In this document: one piece after another, positions 45,476 through 55,006 of the stretch
Layout of the letters: each line of letters opens with the position of its first letter
Position numbering within the stretch: the first letter of the stretch is position 1
Assembly: GCA_020638855.1 (NCBI GenBank)
Contig: JACKHT010000002.1
Coordinates: 430,154 to 494,153 of the forward strand
DNA: 64,000 nucleotides
DNA from: Planctomycetota bacterium
GTDB taxonomy: Bacteria > Planctomycetota > UBA1135 > GCA-002686595
Direction of reading: 5' to 3'
Position numbers and translations under genes: made by a program
Notes under the pieces: generated by a model
Seen by the model: only the letters and a program-made list of their open reading frames with translations
Databases searched by the model: none
Told to the model about the DNA's origin: nothing

Positions 45476-47212
45476 CTATGCGAGGCGCTGGATAGGCGGC
45501 TCCGCCTTGGGCATCCAAGGTTGCAGCAGGTACCCCAAGGCAATCACGAGCCCACACCCGACGGCGTTGTACCAGAGGTAGCCCATGGTCAACCACCCCG
45601 GGGCGGTCCCCGCCGCGTTGGCAAAGTGGATCCAGACGACCAGGGCCTCCGCCAACAAAGCCGCCAAAAACACAGCGTGCCCTTGGATCGATTTGCAGTA
45701 GAAGGCCACCAAGAAGATCCCCAAGATCGTCCCGTAGAACAGCGACCCAAGCAGATTCACCGCCTGGATCAAGTTTTCGAACAACGATGCGTAGGTGGCA
45801 AACAAGATCGCCAACAGGCCCCAGGCCAGGGTGAACAGCTTGGACGAACGCAGGTAGTGTCTTTCGTCGGCATGCTTGCGCACCGAGCGTTTGTACAAGT
45901 CGATGGTGGTGGTCGATGCGAGGGCGTTGAGCTCGGAGGCCGTGCTACTCATGGCTGCGCAGAACATCACAGCGAACAAGAGCCCGATCATTCCGATGGG
46001 CAGATTGCCCATCACAAAGCCCATGAAGACGTAGTCCTTGTCGTTGGTCTCCGCCGTGGGCACGGCCGAGCGAATCAATGCTTTGGCTTCGGTGCGCAAG
46101 CCCTCGGCCGCCTGCAAGAGCCGCGTCGCTTCGGCTTGGTGCATGCGCACCTGAGCGTCTTCCCCAGTCCGCGCTGCGGTCACGAGCCCATACAGCTCAG
46201 CCCGCTTCTGGTCGTGGAGCTTGTAGTAGGCCGCCTCCACATCGGCGTAGGCACCCCCCTGGGGAGATGCTTTGACCTGCGCTTCCACCACTTGGTTGAA
46301 GAACACCGGCGGCCGATCGAACTGGTAGAACACGAACACCATGACCCCGATGAAGAGGATCAGGAACTGCATGGGCACCTTGAGCAGTCCGTTCATGATC
46401 AAACCCAAGCGGCTTTCGGCCAGCGAGCGCCCACCCAAGTAGCGCTGAACCTGGCTCTGGTCCGTGCCGAAGTACGATAGGAACAGGAACAGCGCGGCAG
46501 TGATACCCGACCAAAAGTTGTAGCGCTCGCCCAACCGAAAATCGAAGTCGACCACGTTGAGGTGCCCCAGCTTTCCCGCTACCTGCAGCGCGTCCCCAAA
46601 CCCAATGTCTGGGGGCAGCATGCGAATGACCATGACCCCCGCCAGGACCATGCCCCCCATCATCACCGCCATCTGCTGCTTTTGCGTCTGGGTGACGGCC
46701 TTGGTGCCCCCGGTCACGGTGTAGAGGATCACGAGCACCCCAATGAACACGTTGGTGGCCGTCAGGTTCCAACCCAGAAGGGTCGAGAGGATGATCGCCG
46801 GCGCATAGATGGTGATGCCCGCTGCCAGCCCGCGCTGCACCAGGAACAACAGCGCCGCCAGGCTACGGGTTTTCAGGTCGAAGCGCTGTTCGAGGAACTC
46901 ATAGGCGGTGAAGACCTTAAGCCGGTAGTACATCGGCACAAACGTCACCGACAGGATCACCATGGCGATCGGCAGCCCAAAATAGAACTGCACGAAGCCC
47001 ATGCCGTCGGCGTAGGCCTGGCCCGGCGTCGACAGGAAGGTGATCGCGCTGGCCTGGGTGGCCATGATGGAAATCCCGATCCCCCACCACTGTGCCGTGT
47101 TGCCGCCCTTGAGGTAGCCCTCCAGATCCTGGGCCCCGCGCGTCTTCCAAGCTCCATACACCACGATGAAGACGAGCGTGCCGATCAGGACCACCCAATC
47201 GATGACGCTCAT
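45476..47212 (-). CDS. Sodium:solute symporter (SSS) family transporter, 578 aa
   Basis: Thirteen-TM-like profile with GGNTAQWWGIGISIMATQASAITFLSTPG characteristic of SSS transporters. The ATG at 47212 overlaps the micro-ORF stop. Confidence 0.8.
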   Translation of the reverse strand: MSVIDWVVLIGTLVFIVVYGAWKTRGAQDLEGYLKGGNTAQWWGIGISIMATQASAITFLSTPGQAYADGMGFVQFYFGLPIAMVILSVTFVPMYYRLKVFTAYEFLEQRFDLKTRSLAALLFLVQRGLAAGITIYAPAIILSTLLGWNLTATNVFIGVLVILYTVTGGTKAVTQTQKQQMAVMMGGMVLAGVMVIRMLPPDIGFGDALQVAGKLGHLNVVDFDFRLGERYNFWSGITAALFLFLSYFGTDQSQVQRYLGGRSLAESRLGLIMNGLLKVPMQFLILFIGVMVFVFYQFDRPPVFFNQVVEAQVKASPQGGAYADVEAAYYKLHDQKRAELYGLVTAARTGEDAQVRMHQAEATRLLQAAEGLRTEAKALIRSAVPTAETNDKDYVFMGFVMGNLPIGMIGLLFAVMFCAAMSSTASELNALASTTTIDLYKRSVRKHADERHYLRSSKLFTLAWGLLAILFATYASLFENLIQAVNLLGSLFYGTILGIFLVAFYCKSIQGHAVFLAALLAEALVVWIHFANAAGTAPGWLTMGYLWYNAVGCGLVIALGYLLQPWMPKAEPPIQRLA

Positions 47213-47325
47213 GCGTAGTGCTCCGTCAACAGGTGGAAGCACCACACGAGCAGCACCAGCACTCCGATCAACAGCGCGTACCAACCGTTCCAGGAACGGA
47301 ACAGCGGGATCGGATCCTCATTCAT
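47209..47325 (-). CDS. 38-aa single-TM micro-protein translationally coupled to the SSS transporter (DUF3311/DUF4212-like small subunit candidate)
   Basis: Not in the ORF track (under 60 aa). Reverse-strand translation is MNEDPIPLFRSWNGWYALLIGVLVLLVWCFHLLTEHYA. Its TGA overlaps the symporter ATG (GCATGAGC), and its ATG lies 2 nt past the PIG-L gene stop. Confidence 0.5.
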   Translation of the reverse strand: MNEDPIPLFRSWNGWYALLIGVLVLLVWCFHLLTEHYA

Positions 47326-49792
47326 GGCCCAGGCTCAACAAGTTGACGAGCAGGCGGTAGGCTCCCGGGACCCCAGCCGGCAACTCGCGGAAGAACGAAA
47401 TGCCGGTGTAGACGTAGGTCCCCTTCCCGTAAGTAGCGACTAGAAGCGCCCCATCCTTGGGGGACTCCCCGGTGTCATTCCAGCTGAGGATGGCTTGGTA
47501 CGGCTGGGCCCAGGTTCCGGGGAAATACAAACCGCGCTCTTGCACCCAGCCTTCAAAGTCCGCCTGGGTGATTTCGTTGGGCCGATGCAACACGGGGTGG
47601 TCGGGGAGCAAGAAACGCACCGGGGCATCCTCTTCGGTCACCCGATCCCGCGACAAGGTGAGCGGATAGGGCCCGAAGGAGTCGGTCTTGAGGCCCCCGG
47701 TGGTGTTGTACTGCACCACCAAAGTGCCCCCCGCCTCGCAGTAGGCCAACAGCTCGGGCATCCACCCCGCGATGCGGTCCTCCACATTGAAGAGCCGAAT
47801 GCCCGTGATGACCGCGTCGTACTTGGCCAGGTCGGCTGCGGTCACTTCGGACTCGGTCAGCACGTCGACCGTGTAGCCCACCCGCCGCAGGGCTTCGGGG
47901 ATGGTGTCCCCCGCGCCGGGCAAGTACCCAATGCGTTGCCCTAGGCGCTGGAGATCCATGGACACCAAGTGCGTCGTGGCCCTAGGCAAGTAGATCTGGG
48001 GCACGATGTGCTCGTAATCGATCGTCACGAGCGACCGCTCGCAGAGGCGCCCGTCGACTTGCACCTGGGCCTGGAGTTCGCAGGGCTTGGCGCCGGATCC
48101 GGGGGTGACGCGGACCGAGAAGTGCTGTTCTTCACCCGGCGCGAGGCTGCCCAACTCGATCGAGGCGGGCTCCAGGGTCCAGCTTTCCCCAGCCGTGAGT
48201 TGTAGGGTTCCCGCGGTTTCGGCCGCCAGGCCTTTCACGACCACGTCGACGCTTCGCGTCTCTGTTCCAGGGAAGAGGTAGCTCGACTCGCCAAACGCCA
48301 CAAAGACGGGCGGGACCACGTCGAAGGGTCGGTAGCGCTCGCCTTGGACCGGGTCGTTCCACTTGTAGATCACGGGGATCGGGAAGGCCAGCGCCTCGCC
48401 TGCCACCACCAGGTGCAAGATCCATTCGAGGGTGGGAGGGTTCTGCGGCCTTCCAAGCAGCGCCGGATCGTCGACCCGGTAGGTGCCCAAGGTCCCCGTT
48501 TCCTGCAACCAATAGGGCCCGTCGGATTCGACCGCTGCGGGGGCCTGGAACGAACGATTGAGGACGAGTTTGCGGTTGCGCTCGAGCGCGGTGTCCTCAA
48601 CAAGCGCCCAGCCCAGCGCTGCGCAATCGATCCCGACGAGGTGACAGTCGCTGGCGTTGCGGGCCACCAATTCCAGTTGGACCGCCACCTCTTCGCCGGG
48701 CGCGGCCAGGGGACGATCGGCAGCGGCCTCGAGGTACAGCCCCGCGCAGGCCCGGATGAGCCCTTCCACTTCGAAGCGCTTGCGCGCCTTCCAGTAGCGA
48801 TCGCTGCACCCATCCAGGGCGCGGTGGACTTCGACCAATCCGGGCAAGCTCGCCTCCGGATGGGCCGCGTCAAAGTTCGCTCGCACGGCTTGGATCTTGG
48901 CGCCGATCGCTTCGCCCCCGGGAATCCGGCTCCAATCGGAGCGCACACCATCGAACAACGAGTGTTCGGCCTGGCTACCTGCGAGGTGTTCGAAGAATTC
49001 GAGCTCTTCGCCGCGGCTCCCCGTGGATCCGAAGCCCTGGCTTTTGTGGTTGGTTCGGCTGCGCGCCGCGATTTCGGTGTACGAAGTCCCGAGCACGGGG
49101 TTGTAGGCCCCCACGTCGAGCGCCACCACGCCGGGGTCGTCGGCCGAAATGTCGGTCTTCCACCAGCGCCCCGTGTTGACCACGATGCGCAGGGGCTGCC
49201 AAGGTTCCAAGCCTTGAACCAACTGCTCGGGGTAAGCGTTGGCGTCCCCGGCCAAGCCGAAGGCTTCCAGCCCCAAGAGCGCCGAGGCCGCGTGGTGCCC
49301 ATGGCCTCCACCGCCGTCGGTTGGGAAGCGGCACACGATCACGTCGGGCCGCACCATGCGGATCACCCGCACCACGTCCGAGAGGATTGCGTCCTTATCC
49401 CAGATCGCCAGGGTCTCGGCGGGGGTCTTCGAATAGCCGAAGTCGTTCGCCCGAGTGAAGTACTGCTCGGCCCCATCGACTCGCCGTGCGGCGAGCAATT
49501 CCTGGGTGCGGATGATGCCCAGCTCCTCGCGCAATTCCGGACCGATCAGGTTTTGGCCCCCATCCCCGCGGGTGAGCGAAAGGTAGGCGGCGCCCATGTG
49601 CTTTTCCCCCGCCACGTAGGCCAAGAAGCGCGTGTTCTCGTCGTCCGGATGGGCCGCCAGGTAGAGCACATTGCCAAGCACTTCGAGCTTCTCAAGGCCC
49701 TGCAAAATCTCGGCGGAAGACGGTTGGTGCGGTCGCTGCGCCGATGCGTAGGGAACCAGCAAGCAAGCGATCAGGACCAGGGAGGCGCGCAT
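47318..49792 (-). CDS. PIG-L/LmbE-family deacetylase fused to a large C-terminal region with ThuA/GATase1-like fold, secreted, 824 aa
   Basis: Signal peptide MRASLVLIACLLVPYASAQ. LmbE signature LYLAAHPDDE with HGHH. C-terminal GYLPGAGDTIPEALRRVGYTVDVLTE...YDAVITGIRLF is Rossmann-like. Confidence 0.6.
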   Translation of the reverse strand: MRASLVLIACLLVPYASAQRPHQPSSAEILQGLEKLEVLGNVLYLAAHPDDENTRFLAYVAGEKHMGAAYLSLTRGDGGQNLIGPELREELGIIRTQELLAARRVDGAEQYFTRANDFGYSKTPAETLAIWDKDAILSDVVRVIRMVRPDVIVCRFPTDGGGGHGHHAASALLGLEAFGLAGDANAYPEQLVQGLEPWQPLRIVVNTGRWWKTDISADDPGVVALDVGAYNPVLGTSYTEIAARSRTNHKSQGFGSTGSRGEELEFFEHLAGSQAEHSLFDGVRSDWSRIPGGEAIGAKIQAVRANFDAAHPEASLPGLVEVHRALDGCSDRYWKARKRFEVEGLIRACAGLYLEAAADRPLAAPGEEVAVQLELVARNASDCHLVGIDCAALGWALVEDTALERNRKLVLNRSFQAPAAVESDGPYWLQETGTLGTYRVDDPALLGRPQNPPTLEWILHLVVAGEALAFPIPVIYKWNDPVQGERYRPFDVVPPVFVAFGESSYLFPGTETRSVDVVVKGLAAETAGTLQLTAGESWTLEPASIELGSLAPGEEQHFSVRVTPGSGAKPCELQAQVQVDGRLCERSLVTIDYEHIVPQIYLPRATTHLVSMDLQRLGQRIGYLPGAGDTIPEALRRVGYTVDVLTESEVTAADLAKYDAVITGIRLFNVEDRIAGWMPELLAYCEAGGTLVVQYNTTGGLKTDSFGPYPLTLSRDRVTEEDAPVRFLLPDHPVLHRPNEITQADFEGWVQERGLYFPGTWAQPYQAILSWNDTGESPKDGALLVATYGKGTYVYTGISFFRELPAGVPGAYRLLVNLLSLGHE

Positions 49793-49918
49793 GGGAGGCT
49801 AGCGGCAACCGTTTTGGATGCCTGCTTTGGGAAGAGGTGAGGGCGAGCAGCCCGTAGCATGCACCGGGGGCCTGGAGATGGCCATCTCCAGGCCCCCGGA
49901 AAACGAACTCGCAGCCGG

Positions 49919-50806
49919 CTACTTGCCCGAGGCAGTGCCGTCGATTTGCTTGAGCAGCGCTTGGCACTTCGCAATGTAGCCGAAGTCGCCGCCCTTGGCA
50001 TCCTGGGCGACCTTGAGGGCCTTGGCGGTGCATTCCTTGGCTTTGGCCTTGTCACCCAAGGTCAACGCCAGCGATCCCTGCTGGTACATCATCCAAAAGG
50101 CTTCGGGAGACATCGCAACCGCCTTGTCCATCCAAGTGGCGGCCAGGGGCAGGTCTTTGTTCTTTTCGACGTAGAACATCGCCGCGTCGAAGTAGGTGCG
50201 CGCGCTGATCTCCCCTTCGGCCTTCAAGATCTTCTGGTCAATCTCTTCGAACACCATCGCATCGCTGTCGAGGAAGATCGGCACCGAAATCTGGGTCTTC
50301 TCCCATGCAATGACCAAATCCGCGCCGTTCGAGTGGAACCCTGCAAAATCAATCGTCAAGGTTTCGCGCAGGTCGGAAAGCGGCTGCACCTTGGTTTCAA
50401 ACCGCATCTGATCCTCGGCGGGGTCGTACCCACTCGCACCCCACAAGGTGGTGTTCTTGTTCAGGATGAAGGTCCAGGACTCCTTGCCGGGAATGGTGTA
50501 CAGCGAGTAGGTGCCCTTGGGCACATCCTGGCCGCCGACTTGGACGTTGCTGTCAAAGGTGATCGTGGTGCAACCGTTGGCACCCGTACGCCAAACCTGG
50601 CCGAAGGGCTCCAACTCGCCAAAGATCGTGCGACCTTTGACGCCGGGGCGACCGTAGTCGACGGTGACCTGGGTCAGGCCCACCTGCTGGGTGAGCTTGC
50701 CGCGCGGGCTGGCCGGAGCTTTGTTGATTTGGGCGGAAGCGGTTCCAGCCAAGGCAACCAGGGAAAGGGACAGGAGAGCGGGCGCGAGCCGAAGAATCGA
50801 TTTCAT
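49919..50806 (-). CDS. Secreted DUF2911-like protein with C-terminal TPR-like helical region, 295 aa
   Basis: Signal peptide MKSILRLAPALLSLSLVALAGTASAQ. Beta-rich N-domain. The C-terminal lysine-rich helices give a locally lower-GC, Lys-rich composition. Confidence 0.45.
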   Translation of the reverse strand: MKSILRLAPALLSLSLVALAGTASAQINKAPASPRGKLTQQVGLTQVTVDYGRPGVKGRTIFGELEPFGQVWRTGANGCTTITFDSNVQVGGQDVPKGTYSLYTIPGKESWTFILNKNTTLWGASGYDPAEDQMRFETKVQPLSDLRETLTIDFAGFHSNGADLVIAWEKTQISVPIFLDSDAMVFEEIDQKILKAEGEISARTYFDAAMFYVEKNKDLPLAATWMDKAVAMSPEAFWMMYQQGSLALTLGDKAKAKECTAKALKVAQDAKGGDFGYIAKCQALLKQIDGTASGK

Positions 50807-51057
50807 GGGGCAAACTTGGGGGTGGTGCCTACCCAGACGTGGGCAAGCGGGCAAAGAGGGTATGCCGCCCAACCCAAAATGCGACTCCGCTTTACCCAAG
50901 ATTAGCCTTTCGGCGACCCTGGCAGCCTGTCGGCGGGATGGGCGCGAGCGGACTGGGAACCAACCCATCCAGACCCCCATTCGGGCGAAGCACCAAGCCG
51001 TCGCCACGGGGGCAAGGGAAGCCGCAGAGCGCTCCCCACCCGGACCCTAGCACCCGC

Positions 51058-52935
51058 TCAGCGCGCCGCGTCCATGGTGGTCTTGCACTCGATGGCGTGG
51101 CCATCGCGCATCACGGTCAGGGTGACTTCGTCCCCGGGCTTGAGCTTCATCAGGCTCGTACGCCAAGCCTCCAAGCCGGTGACGGCTTCGCCTTGCCAAC
51201 GAACCAACACGTCTCCCTCCTGCAATCCCGCCCGTGCGGCCGAGCTAGCTTCGACGATGTTGGAGAAAACCACGCCCTGCGTATCCGGCGCCGCCGCGAC
51301 GCTCACCCCCAGCCGAACCGTTGGACCCGCCGGGGCCCGACGCGCTTGCATCTGGGGTTCGACGAAAGGGAATTTTTCTGGGCGCAGGGCGGCCTCCAAG
51401 GCCAACTCGTGCACCCACAGGGTGGCCCATAGGGCATCCTCGGGTTGGATGCGATCGACCGTGTCGCGCGTGGTGTGGTAGTCGTTGTGGATGCCATCCA
51501 TGCTCATGAAGACCGACGGCACCTTGGCTTGCACAAAGGTCCAATGGTCGGAAGCCGGTTGGACCCCCGCGTCGGCCACCAGGGTCAGCGGAGTACGCGT
51601 GGCCAGCCCTTCCACGAACGCTTGGAGGCCATCCCCCGTGCTCAGGCAAGAGGCCGAAAGACGCCGCTTCTCGATGCGCCCGATCATGTCGAAGTTGATC
51701 ATCAGGCTGGTTTGATCGAGCGGGTAGACCGGTTCGCGCGTGTAGTGCCGCGCGCCGTTGAGGCCCGATTCCTCGGCGCTGAAAGCGGCGAAGAGGATGG
51801 TCCGCGCGGGGGTTTCGTCCGGCATATCGGCATAGGCCGCGCCCAAGCTTTCCGCCAACAGGATCAACGCCGAGCAACCGGTCGCGTTGTCGTCGGCCCC
51901 AGGGTGGACCGCCTTGCCGCGCAGTTCGTTGTCGCGCGAGCCAAATCCACCCATGCCCAAGTGGTCCAGGTGCGCGCCGATGATCACCACTTCGTTGGCT
52001 AGAGTCCCCTTGCCCGGCAGCACACCCAAGACGTTCTCAGCCATCACGCCCCGCGACTCGCCTTCGCAATCGACCGTGAGACGGGTGCCCAAATCGCGCA
52101 CGACCCCGTGCTCGTTGGCCTCTTGGGTGAGCGCTTCGATCGTCGTAGCCTGCCCCGCCTGGGCCAGGATGCGATTGGCGGTCTCGGGCGACACAAGGAG
52201 CACGGGCTGCTCGGTCAGGTTGTTCGACCAGGAGACTTCGTGGGACAAGCGCTTGGTGCGCGAGTCATCGGCGCCCGGAGTGTTGACCACCAGGACCGCG
52301 CTCGCACCGCGCTGGGTCAGGGCCCGAAACTTGTCTTCGAAGCCAGCGGCGCTGCTCCAGCGGCGGGCGCCGAACGCGCTGCGGCCTTCGGCGTTCATGG
52401 GTTCGAAGCGCAACATCAGCGCCACCTTGCCGGTCAAGTCCACCGCCTCGGGGAAACCCTGATAGTCGTAGCCTTCCGGCCCGGACTCGACCGCATAGCC
52501 GACAAACACCACCGGCCCCTCGACCCGGCCGAAGCCTCCCCAGCCCGGGACCGAAAAGTCTTCGCGCGCTTCGAGTTCGGTTCCATCCGCCAGGGTCAGC
52601 CCCACCCGTTGCAGTTCGTGGCGACCCGCCAAGGCAAAGGGCTGGCGCCAGGTCGGCCCCTCGGGTCCTTCGGCACCGGGCTGCAGCCCGGCTTGGGCCA
52701 AGTAGTACTGCATGTAGTCCTTGGCGATCTCCATGCCTTCGGTACCGGGCAAGCGACCACCCAAGAAGGGGGACCCCAAAAAGGTCACATGGGTCATGTA
52801 GCGCGCCACCAAGGCGGGGTCCGCGGGGACCTCATCCACGAAGGCGGCTACTTCTGCGGCTACGCTCTCCGTTTGTGCGAGCACGGGGGTCCCAAGGCCG
52901 GCAAGGGCCACCAAGTACCAAAGCTGGATGTTCAT
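51058..52935 (-). CDS. M28-family zinc aminopeptidase with PA-like insert and C-terminal PDZ domain, secreted, 625 aa
   Basis: Signal peptide MNIQLWYLVALAGLGTPVLAQ. M28 metal ligands (IIGAHLDHLG, DDNATGCS, AAFSAEESGLNGARHY). C-terminal PDZ (GVVFSNIVEASSAARAGLQEGDVLVRWQGEAV). The 137-codon upstream extension was rejected. Confidence 0.7.
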   Translation of the reverse strand: MNIQLWYLVALAGLGTPVLAQTESVAAEVAAFVDEVPADPALVARYMTHVTFLGSPFLGGRLPGTEGMEIAKDYMQYYLAQAGLQPGAEGPEGPTWRQPFALAGRHELQRVGLTLADGTELEAREDFSVPGWGGFGRVEGPVVFVGYAVESGPEGYDYQGFPEAVDLTGKVALMLRFEPMNAEGRSAFGARRWSSAAGFEDKFRALTQRGASAVLVVNTPGADDSRTKRLSHEVSWSNNLTEQPVLLVSPETANRILAQAGQATTIEALTQEANEHGVVRDLGTRLTVDCEGESRGVMAENVLGVLPGKGTLANEVVIIGAHLDHLGMGGFGSRDNELRGKAVHPGADDNATGCSALILLAESLGAAYADMPDETPARTILFAAFSAEESGLNGARHYTREPVYPLDQTSLMINFDMIGRIEKRRLSASCLSTGDGLQAFVEGLATRTPLTLVADAGVQPASDHWTFVQAKVPSVFMSMDGIHNDYHTTRDTVDRIQPEDALWATLWVHELALEAALRPEKFPFVEPQMQARRAPAGPTVRLGVSVAAAPDTQGVVFSNIVEASSAARAGLQEGDVLVRWQGEAVTGLEAWRTSLMKLKPGDEVTLTVMRDGHAIECKTTMDAAR

Positions 52936-53042
52936 GGGCCCATTGTAGCGTGGGCTCCGAGCGGTGCACGAGTCCTGGGCTACACGGCGGGTTTGTCGAG
53001 CGGGAGGAGCGTTGCTCGGAGCTCTGGGATACCCTGGGCACC

Positions 53043-54317
53043 ATGCTGGGACGGACATGCTGGATCGTGTGGGTGGCGGGTTGCCTCTTGGGCTGGGTGG
53101 GTGCGGGCACTTCCTTGCGCAGCGCGCTGCATCCCATGGATGGCCCCGACGCAGAACTGCGTCTGTTGCACACGCAAGCGGGGCTGCGCCTGTCGGTGCG
53201 GGTGAACTTGGCTTGGCTGGACGAAGTCTTGGCCGAGCCCCGGGAAAATCCGAACGTGGTCGCTCCCACCGAGCGCATCGAACTCGAAGGCGCCGCTTGG
53301 GATTGGATTCAGGCCCAGGAACTCCTGCGCAGCGACAGCGCTGCACTGGTCGGGCGGCTGGAAAGCGCCGAGTGGGTCGAGGCCGATCCGGAGCGGGCCA
53401 TGTACTTCCCGCGCACCGGGGTTCGTGCGCTGACCTACCTCGAACTCAAAGTGGTCTATCCCTTTGAGGCCAACACCGATGCGGTGATCCTGGGCTGGCC
53501 CGCCTACCCGATCGATCCCGTGCTGGCCGGTCCTAGCGGTTCGCCCACCGTCCAAGTCCAAGCCACCCTGCTTTCGGGCGCCGAAGAGCGCATCGTGAAT
53601 CTAAGCGAAGAGTCTCCCAACTACCGTTGGCGCCTGCCGCAAAGCGGTGGGGCCGACCACCTGCTGCCCTTGCCCCCGGGCCCCGCTTCGATCCCCGGCC
53701 CCAAGCCACGCACGGTGTACCTGATCGCCTTTGTCGCTGCGGTGGTTGCCGTCGGTGGTCTCTACCGTCATCGGCTGAGGCTCCTGTTCGCCCTGGGCGG
53801 CATCGCGGGCATCCTCGTCACCTACCAACGACAGGTGCAAACCGTACCCCCAATTGGAGTCCCCGAGGGCGAAGCGGTCTTCGCCGCTCTGCAGCAAAAC
53901 CTCTATCGTGCGTTTGACTTCCACGAACGCGAAGCCATCTACGACGCACTCGAGAAAACCGTAGCGGGCGACCTGCTGCCGGTCCTGTACGAGGAAATCC
54001 ACGCGAGCCTCGTACTCGAAGAAGAAGGCGGCGCCCTATGCCGCGTAGAAAAAGTCACTCCCCTAGATGCGCACATCACCCCCAAGCCCACGCTCCTCGC
54101 CGCGCGCCTCGAGCCCTTCGGAGTCGATGCGACCTGGCGCGTCGAAGGGGTTCTCCACCACTGGGGCCACAGCCACCGGCAAGCCCAACAGATGAAGGCC
54201 CACTTCGAGGTGGCCTACACCGAAGCGGGCTGGCGATTCCTAAGCGCACAAATCCGTGAATCCGTGCGCATCCCGCCGCCCGAAGAGGCGCCCGCCGCCG
54301 TGGAGGCCGTGTACTGA
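53043..54317 (+). CDS. Hypothetical membrane protein (424 aa) co-operonic with a LolD/FtsX-type ABC transporter
   Basis: N-terminal signal/TM MLGRTCWIVWVAGCLLGWVGAG and two central TM helices (VYLIAFVAAVVAVGGLY, LLFALGGIAGILVTY). The stop overlaps the ABC ATPase start (TGATG). No recognisable motif. Confidence 0.45.
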   Translation: MLGRTCWIVWVAGCLLGWVGAGTSLRSALHPMDGPDAELRLLHTQAGLRLSVRVNLAWLDEVLAEPRENPNVVAPTERIELEGAAWDWIQAQELLRSDSAALVGRLESAEWVEADPERAMYFPRTGVRALTYLELKVVYPFEANTDAVILGWPAYPIDPVLAGPSGSPTVQVQATLLSGAEERIVNLSEESPNYRWRLPQSGGADHLLPLPPGPASIPGPKPRTVYLIAFVAAVVAVGGLYRHRLRLLFALGGIAGILVTYQRQVQTVPPIGVPEGEAVFAALQQNLYRAFDFHEREAIYDALEKTVAGDLLPVLYEEIHASLVLEEEGGALCRVEKVTPLDAHITPKPTLLAARLEPFGVDATWRVEGVLHHWGHSHRQAQQMKAHFEVAYTEAGWRFLSAQIRESVRIPPPEEAPAAVEAVY

Positions 54318-55006
54318 TGCAGCCCGCCCCCCTGCTCCTGTTGGAAGGCGTGCGACATGGCTACGGCCCCGAGGGGCCCGCGTGGGCTTGGCCGCACCTG
54401 GAGTTGGCGGCGGGGCAGAGCATCGCTTGCACCGGACCGAGCGGGAGTGGCAAGACCACCTTGCTGGAATTGCTCGCGGGCCTGCAAACGCCCCAAGCGG
54501 GGCTGGTTGCCTGCATGGGCACCCCCTGGAGTACGCTCGCGAACCGAGAACGCCAGCGCAAACGGCTCGAACACTTGGGTTTGGTCTTTCAAGGGTTTGA
54601 ATTGCTCGCGGCGCTCGATGTGCGCGAGAACGTGCGCTTGCCCCTACGCCTGCTGGGCTACGCGCCCAGCGACTTCGATGTGCGCTTGGGAGAGCTGCTC
54701 GAAAGGGCCGGGATTCCGAACCTCGCCCGCCGCAAACCCGCCGCGCTGTCGCATGGCGAACAGCAGCGCGTGGCCCTTTGCCGCGCTTTGATCCACAAAC
54801 CCCGGATCCTGCTCGCCGACGAACCCACCGCCAACCTCGACGCCGAAAATGCAGAGGCTGTGATCGAGCTATTGTTGCACGCGGTGCACGACGACGGGGC
54901 TGGACTGGTGTGCGTGACCCACGACCGCAGCTTGATCACGCGCTTCGACCAAGAATGGGCCGTCGCTGGATTCCAAGTGCGCGCTGGAGGCGAGCCCAAA
55001 GCATGA
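54317..55006 (+). CDS. ABC transporter ATP-binding protein, LolD/MacB-type
   Basis: Walker A GPSGSGKTT, signature LSHGEQQR, Walker B ILLADEPTANLD. 229 aa. Confidence 0.8.
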   Translation: MQPAPLLLLEGVRHGYGPEGPAWAWPHLELAAGQSIACTGPSGSGKTTLLELLAGLQTPQAGLVACMGTPWSTLANRERQRKRLEHLGLVFQGFELLAALDVRENVRLPLRLLGYAPSDFDVRLGELLERAGIPNLARRKPAALSHGEQQRVALCRALIHKPRILLADEPTANLDAENAEAVIELLLHAVHDDGAGLVCVTHDRSLITRFDQEWAVAGFQVRAGGEPKA

